In this document: in pieces, positions 1 through 12,010 of the stretch
Layout of the letters: every line of letters begins with the position of its first letter
Numbering within the stretch: position 1 is the first letter of the stretch
Assembly (NCBI GenBank): GCA_964016885.1
Contig: OZ024749.1
Coordinates: forward strand, 2,108,001 to 2,172,000
Direction of reading: 5' to 3'
Source of the DNA: Eledone cirrhosa
Taxonomy: Eukaryota
Length of the DNA stretch: 64,000 nucleotides
Made by a program: the position numbers and the translations under genes
The notes under the pieces: generated by a model
Told to the model about the DNA's origin: nothing
Databases searched by the model: none
The model's input: only the letters and a program-made list of their open reading frames with translations

Positions 1-250
1 ACACATATATATATATATATATATATACATACATACACACACATACACACACACACATATATATATACACACACAGACACAAACACACATATATACACAC
101 ACACATAAATATATATATACAAACACACATACACACATATATATTCATACATACACACACACAGGCATATACATATATGTATGTATATGTGTATGTATGT
201 ATATATACACATATACATACAACCACACAAACACACATATATACACACAC
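1..250. repeat. (TA)n/(CA)n compound microsatellite
   Basis: Visible dinucleotide tracts. Confidence 0.95.
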
Positions 251-403
251 TCTCCCACTTATATTCTCACTATATATTTCCCAGTTCTTATTTAATATTT
301 ATGTTATAGTTTATTTAATATGTTCAGTCTCACAATTATATTTATTTATCTATTTTGTTTAGCAGCAAGTTTTTTTGGTATATATTTCTTTATTGTATAT
401 ATT

Positions 404-465
<62 letters not shown>

Positions 466-788
466 GATAAATCTACTAAAATATACAGTAGTGTCCAATC
501 CGTATGAATAACTCAATGTAATCCAAATATCATGAAAAGAGAAGATGTATTCAAAATTTTTTCGATGAAAAACACAGGAAAACAGAGTCAAGATAAATTA
601 ATAAAAATAATGAATAAAAACAAAGAAACAGTTCCTTATATTAAAAAATTCATCATTTTACGATCGTTTCTAGGATATATATGTGTGTGTTGGTATGTAT
701 ATCATATAGATCTATGTAAAATTTTTACAAACTATCAGAGGGAATATACATACCTACACATATATATGCTGTCTTCAAAAAAAAAAAA

Positions 789-828
<40 letters not shown>

Positions 829-889
829 TTATAGTATATGTAACTGTTTATCATATATGTTAGAGTGTATTATATATGTGTGTTTCTTA

Positions 890-1058
890 AGGGCGGTTGA
901 TTAGCACCATGTTTGCAGCATATAGTTACGGCCCTTTATGTGCTAAGTTTAAATCCAGCCGAGGTTAACTTTGCCTTTCATCCTTACAGGGTCGATAAAA
1001 TAAAGTACCAGTAATGCACTGGGATAATTGCTGGCCTTGTGCCAAAAGTAAAAATAAT
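890..1058 (+). mobile_element. tRNA-derived SINE, family A (Nin/Deu-like core)
   Basis: B-box-like GTTTAAATCC, then core GCCGAGGTTAACTTTGCCTTTCATCCTTACAGGGTCGATAAAATAAAGTACCAG and tail GGCCTTGTGCCAAAA; the core recurs about 20 times in the window. Confidence 0.85.
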
Positions 1059-1127
1059 CATGTGTATTTATTATATATATGTTTATTATATATATGTTTA
1101 TTATATATATATATTTAATACACATAT

Positions 1128-1485
1128 GTTTAGTATATGTATGTATAATATAATGTATGTATGTCTTTAGTATATGTATGTATAATATATGTATATATAT
1201 GTTTAGTATATGTATGTATACTATATCTATGTATATGTTTAGTATATGTATGTATAATATATGTATGTATATGTTTAGTATATGTATGTATAATATATGT
1301 ATATATATGTTTAGTATATGTATGTATAATAAATCTATGTATATGTTTAGTATATGTATGTATAATATATGTATATATATGTTTAGTATATGTATGTGTA
1401 ATATATCTATGTATATGTTTAGTATATTTATGTATAATATATGTATATATATGTTTAGTATATGTATGTATAATATATCTATGTA
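1128..1485. repeat. ~36-bp AT-rich minisatellite (GTTTAGTATATGTATGTATAATATAT...)
   Basis: About 10 tandem units; 12-aa periodicity in the ORF track. Confidence 0.9.
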
Positions 1486-1549
1486 TGCTCTGTGTAGATT
1501 GCTTCTGCGTTATTTCCTTTTCAAATTCGAGAAAATCGTAGTTTCTAAA

Positions 1550-2815
1550 ACACACACACAAGTCTCACGTGGACATACACATACACACACACAGGTCTCA
1601 CGTGGACATACACATACAAGTCTCACATGGACATACACACACACACAAGTCTCACGTGGACATACACACACACATACAAGTCTCACGTGGACATACACAT
1701 ACACACACAAGTCTCACATGGACATACACACACACACAAGTCTCACGTGGACATACACACACACACAGGTCTCACGTGGACATACACACACACACACACA
1801 AGTCTCACGTGGACATACACACACAAGTCTCACGTGGACATACACACAGGTCTCACGTAGACACACACACACACGCACAGACACATACAAGTATCGCGTG
1901 GACATATACACAAGTCTCACCTAGACACACACAAGTCTCACGTAGACACACACAATTCTCACGTAGACACACACACACAAGTCTCACATGGACACACACA
2001 CAAGTCTCGCGTAGAGACACACACACACAAGTCTCACGTAGACACACACACACACACACAAGTCTCACGTGGACACACACATACTACACACACAAGTCTC
2101 GCGTAAAGACACACACACACAAGTCTCACGTAGACACACACAATTCTCACCTAGACACATGCACACAGACAAGTCTCCCGTAGACACACATACACACACA
2201 AGTCTCGCGTGGACACACACACAAGTCTCACGTAAACACACACACACACACACAGACACAAGTCTCACGTGGACACACACACACACAAGTCTCGCGTAGA
2301 GACACACACACACAAGTCTCACCTAGACACATGCACACAGACAAGTCTCCCGTAGATACACATACACACACAAGTCTCGCGTGGACACACACACAAGCCT
2401 CACATAAACACACACACACAAGTCTCACGTAGACACACAAACACAAGTCTCACGTACACACAGACACAAGTCTCACGTTGACACACACACACAAGTCTCA
2501 CGTAGACACACACACAAGTCTCACGTGGACACACACACAAGTCTCACGTAAACACACACACACAAATCTCACCTAGACACACACACGAGTCTCACCTAGA
2601 CACACAAGTCTCACGTAGACACACACAAACACAAGTCTCACGTAGACACACACACAAGTCTCACATAGACACACACACAAATCTCACGTAGACACACACA
2701 AACACAAGTCTCACGTAGACACACACACAAGTCTCACCTAGACACACACACAAGTCTCACCTAGACACACACACAAGTCTCACCTAGACACACACAAGAG
2801 CTCACGTAGATACCT
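1550..2815. repeat. Compound minisatellite CAAGTCTCACGT(G/A)GA + variable (CA)n spacer
   Basis: More than 40 copies of the AAGTCTCAC core separated by CA runs of variable length. Confidence 0.92.
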
Positions 2816-2921
2816 ACACACATTCCGAAGAATATTTTCTATATCTCATTATCTAATTATCTAGTAAATATCCATTACACATGAAGTATTGTTCGTGTTA
2901 TCATCAAAAATGTCTTTTTAG

Positions 2922-2978
<57 letters not shown>

Positions 2979-3254
2979 TTCTCTCCCCCTCTCTCTCTAT
3001 ATATATATACACACACACAAACATATATATAATCTTTTCATTATATACATTATATATATTTCATTATCTTGCTAGCTATACATTATATACATAATCTACA
3101 TACACACACACACGCACATTTCTCTCTCTCTCTCCCGCTGTAGTATATATGTAAGTGTAGGAATAGAAAGTGAAAGAAAAGATATAACGAGAGTTTATAA
3201 ATCAAATTGAGTTGGTTGAAAATCAGTCGAATTTGTTGAATATTTCAATTTAAC

Positions 3255-3895
3255 ATGCATTTGGCTTTTTGAATGGAGGCATCATTTAAAAGATTCGCTC
3301 TTTGAGTTCAAATAATTGTTGTTCGGAGATGACAAATATTTTAATATCCTATATTTCTCACTAAGATAACGACAACATCTCTTAGTACCAAGAGATCTTA
3401 TCTGGGACTCATTTCTCCTTTATTTACCAACCTTTTTTTTACCAGGACTGAAGATGTGAAGATGTGAGTAAAAAGGTTGTGTAAAACGATCTTGAACAAT
3501 ACTGAGGTATCTTTCGCAAAATTCGATTGTTTGGAGTGTTTTTTAATCTCGGTCCCATAAACAACGGGTTTGATATTACATTTCTATTAGAGAGGACAGT
3601 TCTATTTCATCCTACAAGAGCAGGTTAGATTAACGTCCATATTACATAATAGTATATTTATGCTATAGTATACCAATACTAACATCTTTATGATCTGATT
3701 GTTCAAATTTATATCTTGGAGTTATTTCCCTTTGTTATATTACGTTTTTCGTAAACTGGCGTTTGTAGTAAGAATTCCGTTTAACGATATCTTATAAACT
3801 TATATATACACCTGAATACAGGACATGATCCCTTTTAAAATCTCGAAATATCGTCAATATTGACCCTTGAAACATTAGGGTTCATTTTTGATCTG
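3255..3895 (-). mobile_element. Degenerate Penelope-like element fragment (linker + GIY-YIG C-terminal region)
   Basis: Manual minus-strand translation gives CSCRMK*NCPL**KCNIKPVVY (PLE CxCR..CPL..C...VVY linker) and KRCCRYLSEKYRIL...YLNSKSE...CLH (PLE C-terminal C.LC..EK..I...LN...E...CRH pattern); stops and frameshifts present. Confidence 0.65.
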
Positions 3896-4045
3896 TGTAT
3901 GAATGTATATAGATAAATAAATGCATATATACAATACATCCATATATATATATATATATATATATATAACGAAGGAAATGTGGCAAGGAACCAGGTGGAC
4001 CATAATGCACCAAAGTACTCAATACTTAGGGTAGTAGAGTGGGTA

Positions 4046-4173
4046 ATAGGAACGAGTAGGACCCCGACGGCTGAGCTCAAGCCGTTTCGACGGCTAATTC
4101 TGGACTAATTTTAGTCCAGAATTAGCCGTCGAAACGGCTTGAGCTCAGCCGTCGGTGTCCTACTCGTTCCTAT
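4046..4173. other. Near-perfect 128-bp fold-back hairpin with mirrored hammerhead 3' halves
   Basis: 63-bp arms, 2-nt loop (4109-4110), one mismatch; each arm reads GAAAC-GGCT..AGCC-GTC. Confidence 0.85.
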
Positions 4174-4346
4174 ATATATATATATATATATATAATGTAA
4201 AGAATGAATAAATAACGATTGTTATGGAGAAAATGTTTACAATTTTATTTTTATATTAATTTTCATTAACGAACATGCATGTAAGCATGTGCCTATGTGC
4301 GTTTTAGTATGTGTGGGCCCACATACATGCACACCCATATAATAGG

Positions 4347-4404
<58 letters not shown>

Positions 4405-4825
4405 TGTCTGTATATACATATATATGAATATGCATTTGAATTCATCAATTCATGTTTATTATAAATCTATCTATTCCATCTATCTATGCAGGTGTATGTA
4501 TTCACACAGACACGTGTATTTATGTCCATGTACCTGTGTGTACGTGCGTTGTTCTGTTTGTGTGTGTGTGTGTGTGTGTGTTATCACCTGTGACTGTGTG
4601 AGCTTATGATACCATTGAGACATCTTTGAAAATAATCTCCATACTGAGGAGAAATGTAATGGCGTCAAATAGAGTTCTACGGTTTTATGTTAACACCTAA
4701 AATGTTTAATATCGAACGACAAGAAGTTTCGAGAAGAAGTGTTTAACACAAACTCTATGTTATGTATGGTCGTATATAATACACCCTCACACACCCATGT
4801 ACATACTCACACAGGCACACGTACG

Positions 4826-4876
<51 letters not shown>

Positions 4877-4932
4877 GTATACATTTATACATAAATACAC
4901 TCACACTCACACGCATTTATATAAATGCGTAT

Positions 4933-4988
<56 letters not shown>

Positions 4989-5076
4989 CTTTCTTTCTAC
5001 TTTTCTCGCTCTCTCTCCCTCTCAATATATATATATATATATATTTATTTCTACTTCTCTCGCTCTCTCTCCCTCT

Positions 5077-5109
<33 letters not shown>

Positions 5110-5354
5110 AATATAAATTAGCGAGAATCGTATTTCGGCTTTGGAATTAGCGAAAAACAACTTCCGAGATGTGTGGCAAGCGCTCAATAATTCTGACGAA
5201 CCAGAGCTACAACATACGTTAAAGGCCAAACACACTGAGACGATGGTTAAACCGTCATCCGCACAACCATAGAAACGACCAAGTAATTCGGGTCAAACAA
5301 ACAAAAAAATATGTGATTGAAAAAAATTTATAAATATATTTATATATATATATA

Positions 5355-5644
5355 TCATCATCATTTTACGTCCGCTTTTCCCTGCTTGCAAGGGTGGGAC
5401 GGGTCTTATTCAGCACAGCATCTCTGCACTCGTCACGGTCCCTCGTCATCTCCACCGTGAGCTTCAATGATCTGAGGTCTGTTCTCACCACCTCCGCCCA
5501 TGTTTTTCGTGGTCTACCTCTACCACGTCTTCCTTCAACTGGCATTTCCTGGCACTTCTTCACCCATCGGTCAACCTCCATGCGCATCACATGTCCATAC
5601 CACCTCAGTCTCCTCTCCCGTACACTACACTCTATCCCTCTCAG

Positions 5645-5645
<1 letters not shown>
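5355..5645 (-). mobile_element. RTE-clade LINE 3' end (5'-truncated)
   Basis: RERRLRWYGHVMRM...GRRGRGRPRKTW...D is the typical RTE C-terminus; stop followed by a short (TGA)n tail. Confidence 0.88.
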
Positions 5646-5706
<61 letters not shown>

Positions 5707-6058
5707 ATATGTGTGTGTATGTATGAATATGTGTATATCTAGTGTGTGTATTCATAATTTTTATGGCTAAGTTCAAAAAGAGAATCGGAACGAAACGGCA
5801 TTGAAAAACACCCCAGAAAACTAGAAAGAATGGAAATGGAATATCATGAACAGCAATAAAACCAAAATAAAACCAAATTTGTATTGGAATCGATGAGGGC
5901 GATTTTATTTGTTTAGATACAATGTATGACATTTGAAATACAATTTGACCATAAAAACATTCCTTGATGATTTCCACAACTCATAATATCAAAACTTGGT
6001 GGATTCAGCTGCATAAACTAAACAAAGTTTGTTTCCTCATTTGCAGAACTGACTCCAT

Positions 6059-6089
6059 CCACTAGATGGCAGTGTAATTCAAGATGGCG
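6059..6089 (+). promoter_or_regulatory. Candidate CTCF site (CCACTAGATGGCAG, 6059-6072) next to YY1-like site (CAAGATGGCG, 6080-6089)
   Basis: Close match to the bilaterian CTCF core and YY1 core in a non-repetitive stretch; motif match only. Confidence 0.45.
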
Positions 6090-6307
6090 TTCACTCCACA
6101 ATAGAACTTGCTGTGATGACACGTGCTTATTTCAGGCGGCTGTGTTAAACGTATCCTGCAGTACACACATACATTAACCAGAACTGTCTAATAGTAGTAG
6201 ACATAGACACGTGGTTATTCCTAGTAGCTATGTAAAGCGGATCCTGCAATACTCAGATGAATTACAACTCTATCTCTAATACTATTTGGTTTCACACGTG
6301 TTAGTTC

Positions 6308-7031
6308 TAGCTGCCGTGTAACACAGATGTCCACAGTACACACCTTAACTATAATCTTCTGCTTCCTCTCCCACTTATTCCTGAGAGGGTCGTGGGGTAG
6401 CTGCCGTGTAACACAGATGTCCACAGTACACACCTTAACTATAATCTTCTCCTTCCTCTCCCACTTATTCCTGAGAGGGTCGTGGGGTAGCTGCCGTGTA
6501 ACACAGATGTCCACAGTACACACCTTAACTATAATCTACCCCTTCCTCTCCCACTTATTCCTGAGAGGGTCGTGGGGTAGCTGCTGTGTAACACAGATGT
6601 CCACAGTACACACTTTAACTATAATCTACCCCTTCCTCTCCCACTTATTCCTGAGAGGGTCGTGGGGGTAGCTGCCGTGTAACACAGATGTCCACAGTAC
6701 ACACCTTAACTATAATCTACCCCTTCCTCTCCCACTTATTCCTGAGAGGGTCGTGGGGTAGCTGCCGTGTAACACAGATGTCCACAGTACACACCTTAAC
6801 TATAATCTACCCCTTCCTCTCCCACTTATTCCTGAGAGGGTCGTGGGGGTAGCTGCCGTGTAACACAGATGTCCACAGTACACACCTTAACTATAATCTA
6901 CCCCTTCCTCTCCCACTTATTCCTGAGAGGGTCGTGGGGGTAGCTGCCGTGTAACACAGATGTCCACAGTACACACCTTAACTATAATCTTCTCCTTCCT
7001 CTCCCACTTATTCCTGAGAGGGTCGTGGGGG
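6308..7031. repeat. 90/91-bp minisatellite, 8 copies
   Basis: Unit TAGCTGCCGTGTAACACAGATGTCC...CTGAGAGGGTCGTGGGG starts at 6308, 6398, 6488, 6578 and onward. Confidence 0.95.
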
Positions 7032-7185
7032 CAGAGTACTCAAACACTCCTTCCGGCGACTCCTATCAGAAGCAAACATCTCCAACTGATCCCGCTGATC
7101 CACAAGAGTAACCAGTCAAGCCCATGGATGTTACCCAACCATCTTGCTCGGGGTCCACCCCTGGGTCTCTTACCGGTTGATTTTT
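6985..7185 (-). mobile_element. RTE-clade LINE 3' fragment
   Basis: GKRPRGGPRARWLGNI, then ...PPRPSQE* in another frame; runs directly into the 90-bp repeat. Confidence 0.7.
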
Positions 7186-7214
7186 GCCCGTAAAATTTGT
7201 CCAGTGAATTAATT

Positions 7215-7630
7215 ATTTCAGAATTTGGCACAAGGCCAACAATTATGGGAGGGGGTGGGGTACTTAAATAAATCTCAGTGTATTACTGGTACTTTATTTT
7301 TTCGACCACGCAATGATGAAACACAAAGCTAACCTCGGCATGATTTGAACTCAGAACGTAAAGGGACGTAACTATATGCCGCAAAGCATGTTGTCCGACT
7401 CTCAACCGATATTGCCAATTCAACGCCCGGGTGGTTTCTGATTTAGGGACAAGGCCAATAATTTGGGCGAGGGAAAAATCGATTGAAAGACCTCAGCGCA
7501 TTACTGGTACCTTACTATTCCGAACCCGTAAGGATGAAACAAAACTAACCCCAGAGAGGATTTTAACTGAGAACGTAAGGGATGTACCTCTATGCCGCAA
7601 ACCACGTACAACACATACTGCCAATTGTAC
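7215..7630 (-). mobile_element. Two tandem SINE family A copies (about 7215-7430 and 7432-7630)
   Basis: GGCACAAGGCC...TACTGGTACTTTATT...GATGAAA...ATTTGAACTCAG, reverse complement of the family A core. Confidence 0.8.
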
Positions 7631-7789
7631 GGCAAATCAAATAATATTCACAGTAAAAGGGAAGAAAAATAGTAATGAAGTTAAATAAAAACCTTCGTTT
7701 AGTTACGTCCCTTGCCCCTGAGAAATATTTTACATCCAGAAAATAGAGACAGAAAATGTCTCACATACGTGGCTTCAATATTTTTTCCC

Positions 7790-7907
7790 ATTCTGAATTC
7801 AAATCCCGCCGAGGTTAACTTTGCCTTTCATCCTTACAGGGTCGATAAAATAAAGTACCAGTAATGCACTGGGATAATTGCTGGCCTTGAGCCAAAAGTA
7901 GAAACAA
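7790..7907 (+). mobile_element. SINE family A, 5'-truncated
   Basis: TTCAAATCCCGCCGAGGTTAACTTTGCCTTTCATCC core. Confidence 0.85.
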
Positions 7908-8000
7908 ATATTTTCAGATGAAATTACGAAATAAATATGATATAAAAAATAGTGGACAGAAACATTTCTGAGAGAAAATAGACCAGGAAAAACATCTATT

Positions 8001-8037
<37 letters not shown>

Positions 8038-8047
8038 TAGACAGATT

Positions 8048-8091
<44 letters not shown>

Positions 8092-8620
8092 AATCTGTCT
8101 AGTAAAATATAAGAGAAGGTAAATAGAAGCACGATATGTTTTATATATCAATACACTGGAATATTATTTTGTCTTTTCTTTGAGTTTTTAAATATTCATT
8201 ACACATGAAGTATTTTTCGTGTTATTATCAAAAATGTGTTTTTACTGCCTCTCTCCCTCTCATTCTCTCTCTTTATATATACACACATACACACAAATAT
8301 ATATATCTATAATCTATATATATACACACACAAGCTTATATATATATAATCTATACATTCAGACATACACACAAATATATATATCTATAATCTATATATA
8401 TACACACACACACAACCATATATATATATATATATATAATCTATACATGCACACACATACACAAACATCTATACATGCACACACAAACATATATACATAT
8501 AATCTATACACACACATACACACACACAGAGAGAGAGACACATATATATGTATATATATATGATCTAATCTTACACATAATTTATGTATAAATGTATATA
8601 TAAATGTATATCTATATATG

Positions 8621-9550
8621 TAGAAATAGAATGACATATATATATAAAATAAATACATGGAACAATCACAGGGAATAATGTGTAAAGTATGTAAGCACAC
8701 CTAGCTAAGTAGGTAACTAATTAAAGTTTAACTAGAACTTCAAATATAGATACCTTTTAAAATGATTAATCTCCTTTGTATATATTTCTTTAAGTAAAAA
8801 ATATATTTCACCAATTAATCAGTAGATCACAGTAGTCAAACCCTGGATGGTCACCAAAGGAGATAAAATAACTATTTGCGTTTACAAAGTAAATGCAAAT
8901 CTGTCAATGACTCGAACCACGTGTTGCATTTACAAAAAAATACACACATCGTACAGTGTCATCCCAGTGGCGTGAATATATATATATACATGTGTCAATC
9001 TATTTCTAGTTGATATAAAATGCTCGGATCTATTCATTGGAATCTTTGAGCTTATTCTACAGTGGATATGACGCATGTCTCTCAGACATGACAACCCTTA
9101 ATTTAATTTTGGATATATATATACGGCCCCTTAATTGTAAGCTAACTCAGTTGAATGGACTCAGCTGCTATTTCTAGCTGTCGATAATCCTATTCACGAC
9201 ACTGGGATGACACTGTACGATGTGTGTATTTTTTTTTAAATGCAACACGTGGTTCGAGTCATTCACAGATTTGCATTTGCTTTGTAAACGTAGATAGTTA
9301 TTTTATCTCCTTTGGTGACCATCCAGGGTTTGACTACTGTGATCTACTGATTAATTGGTGAAATATATTTTTTACTTAAAGAAATATATACAAAGGAGAT
9401 TAATCATTTTAAAAGGTATCTATATTTGAAGTTCTAGTTAAACTTTAATTAGTTACCTACTTAGCTAGGTGTGCTTACATACTTTACACATTATTCCCTG
9501 TGATTGTTCCATGTATTTATTTTATATATATATATGTCAATCTATTTCTA
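8621..9550. repeat. ~350-bp inverted repeat (8621-8969 / 9200-9550) overlapping a ~120-bp direct repeat (8993-9113 / 9535-9654)
   Basis: GTACAGTGTCATCCCAGTG vs CACTGGGATGACACTGTAC; ACCCTGGATGGTCACCAAAGGAG vs CTCCTTTGGTGACCATCCAGGGT. Confidence 0.92.
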
Positions 9551-10447
9551 GTTGATATGAAATGCTCGGATCTATTCATTGGAATCTTTGAGCTTATTCT
9601 ACAGTGGATATGGCGCATGTCTCTCAGGCATGACAACCCTTAATTTAATTTTGGAAATATCTATATATGTATATATGTATGTATGCAAAAGATAAACGGG
9701 AACAACAAAGCAAACGAAACATGAAGAAATATGTTAATTTAACGCTTGATATAGTAGGAAATGTCTCTTTACGTTTCGTGCACTGGTCCTTTATTAGAAG
9801 ATAGAATGAGAAATATGAATAGAAAGATAGAAAATGAGAAGACGAAGGTAAGGAAAATAAAGTTTGAGCAAAACAGGATATACACACATACATACACCAT
9901 ATAAACACACATACATATATATACATACATACATACATACATACATACATACATACATACATACATACATACATACATACATGTACACATGATGGTTACC
10001 CCCTCGTTATCGAGTATGGCCATTGCACGATATACCATTATTAATAATTATTAATTAATTCCATCGTGCAATGCCTGTGCGTGAAGATATCTTTTAAAGT
10101 GAGGAAAGACTGTGCACTGAGCCAATCCCACTCTCTGAGCGACAGTAGCTATAACCCGAAAAGAAGAAAAGATCAACATAATCGGTAACTACTGAGCCGC
10201 AGGTTTTATATCGGAATTATCCCAGTTTCCTGAGTTGCCTTCTTCTAGAAGGATGCCCTGACAAAGGCTAGGGGTCCTTCACTCCCAGTGGTTTAACAAC
10301 GCGATCGGGTGTCCAGCCCAACTATTTCTATGTCCCCGCGCATATAAACATACATACACATGTACATGTGTATATACATATTTACACTCTTTTGGATGGC
10401 CGTTGACTCTTATGAGTTCTTCCGCCCTTATACACATACATACATAC

Positions 10448-10610
10448 AAGGAGAATATTTATGCAGAACTGATGAGTAATCTGCAGATACTCCACCATGA
10501 TTACACCTTCAGATTTATACCTGTGATTATTGGGCACTGGGATATGTTAGTAACTGCCTCAATACAAATCTTGAGAAGCTGGGCTTCACAGAAACAGAAA
10601 GAACACAAAT
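10448..10610 (+). mobile_element. RLE-type non-LTR retrotransposon C-terminal fragment (R4/Dong-like)
   Basis: KENIYAELMSNLQIL...FIPVIIG then, after a frameshift, LGYVSNCLNTNLEKLGF; fits the K..KY..L...P.IIGALG restriction-like endonuclease tail. Confidence 0.55.
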
Positions 10611-10642
10611 AGTTGTTTATAGTATATACATAACTATAAATA

Positions 10643-10674
<32 letters not shown>

Positions 10675-10676
<2 letters not shown>

Positions 10677-10826
10677 ATTGTTTCTACTTTTGGCACAAGG
10701 CCAGCAATTTACCAGTGTATTACTGGTACTTTATTTTATCGACCCCGTAAGGATGAAAGGCAAAGTTCGGCGGGATTTGAACTCAGAATGGCAAGGGCTG
10801 TAACTCTATGCGTCAAAGCATGGCGT
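10675..10826 (-). mobile_element. SINE family A
   Basis: Reverse-complement family A core. Confidence 0.85.
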
Positions 10827-10926
10827 ATACTATTTATAGCTATGTATATACTATAAACAACTATAAACAGGAAAGGTCAGTAAATATATATATATATATA
10901 TATATATATAACTGTCCGATTGAGTC

Positions 10927-11008
10927 TGTCTCCTGATGAGTTCGTTACTCTAGATTCGTCCTTAATAATAGGATATCTCAAAATACGAACGAAACCATGG
11001 TAGAGATG
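10927..11008 (+). ncRNA. Type-I hammerhead ribozyme motif (HHR1)
   Basis: Stem I TCTC/GAGA; CTGATGA 10933-10939; stem II GTTCGT/ACGAAC; GAAA 10991-10994; palindromic stem III CCATGG; predicted cleavage after GTA (11002). Confidence 0.85.
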
Positions 11009-11289
11009 TAATTACGGTATGTACACGTTTCTTCTAAGTTTAAATTTACACCTAATTGTGTATGGTTGACGGTATATTTAGTCAGTTTCTACATGCTGTT
11101 GAAATGTTGGGTAAATACTCTATTCTGGTCACCGCGAAGAGGTCGCTTTCGGTTATTTATCAAATATTTCTTCATAGGAGCCTTTATTCTAATAGCCTGG
11201 TCTAATTGATTTTTTATATGGTTAATTATGGTAATTGGAAGAGGAAATGGTATATATTTTATCTAATAATTCTAAGGACATGATTTATG

Positions 11290-11335
<46 letters not shown>

Positions 11336-11639
11336 CTGCACACACACACACATCACACATACATATATAAATGTATCCTATATATAGCCTATATTTTGAA
11401 AATACAACATGAAGTAGTTAGGTGATGTCAGGTAAACGTACTAATTCTTCGTCTTGAAATAATGTCACCCCTGTCTATATATTTAATTGTCACGTCTATT
11501 TTCTCTGTCTTTAATGACATTTTACCTCTACATTCACCTGTTTGTGTAAATATCTCTCATCTTTGTCTATCTCTCCTCTATTAATCTGGTCTAGTAATAT
11601 ATAGCCATTATTGCCATTATTAGTATTATTTTTATTATC

Positions 11640-12010
11640 GTTAGATTGGCAGTATCGGTAGAGCGACAGACACCATGCCTTGCAGCATAGAGTTATGGCC
11701 CTTTAGTTCTGAGTTCAAATCACGCCGAGGTAATTCTGATAAAATAGAATACCAGTAATGCACTGGGGTCGATTTAATCGACTTTCCCCTTCCCCCAAGG
11801 CGTTGGCCTTATGTCTAAATCCTTATATCAACGCTAAATTGCCAGAATCGGCAGAGCATCGGAGAAAATGTTCTAAGTTTCAGCTAATATCTGTCTTGGT
11901 CATCTTTGTCTTTCATCATTTTGAGGTCGATAAAGTAAAGTACCAGTGAAATACTGGGTAAATACAATTGACTGATCTTATCCCCCATAAATTATACATA
12001 AATTAAAAAC
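11640..12010 (+). mobile_element. Two diverged SINE family A copies
   Basis: GAGTTCAAATCACGCCGAGG head; CTTTCATCATTTTGAGGTCGATAAAGTAAAGTACCAG core. Confidence 0.7.

Noticed and set aside
1550-2815. CRISPR-like repeat-spacer appearance
   Set aside because: Spacers are only (CA)n runs, context is eukaryotic, no cas genes
5190-5295. CTGACGA / CTGAGAC ... GAAAC ... GTC hammerhead-like words
   Set aside because: No arrangement gives an intact core together with stems I and II
9990-10340. Possible RTE 5' UTR / terminal fragments
   Set aside because: Only a vague resemblance (GTTGCCTTCTTCTAGA...AAGGCTA); not supportable without a repeat library search
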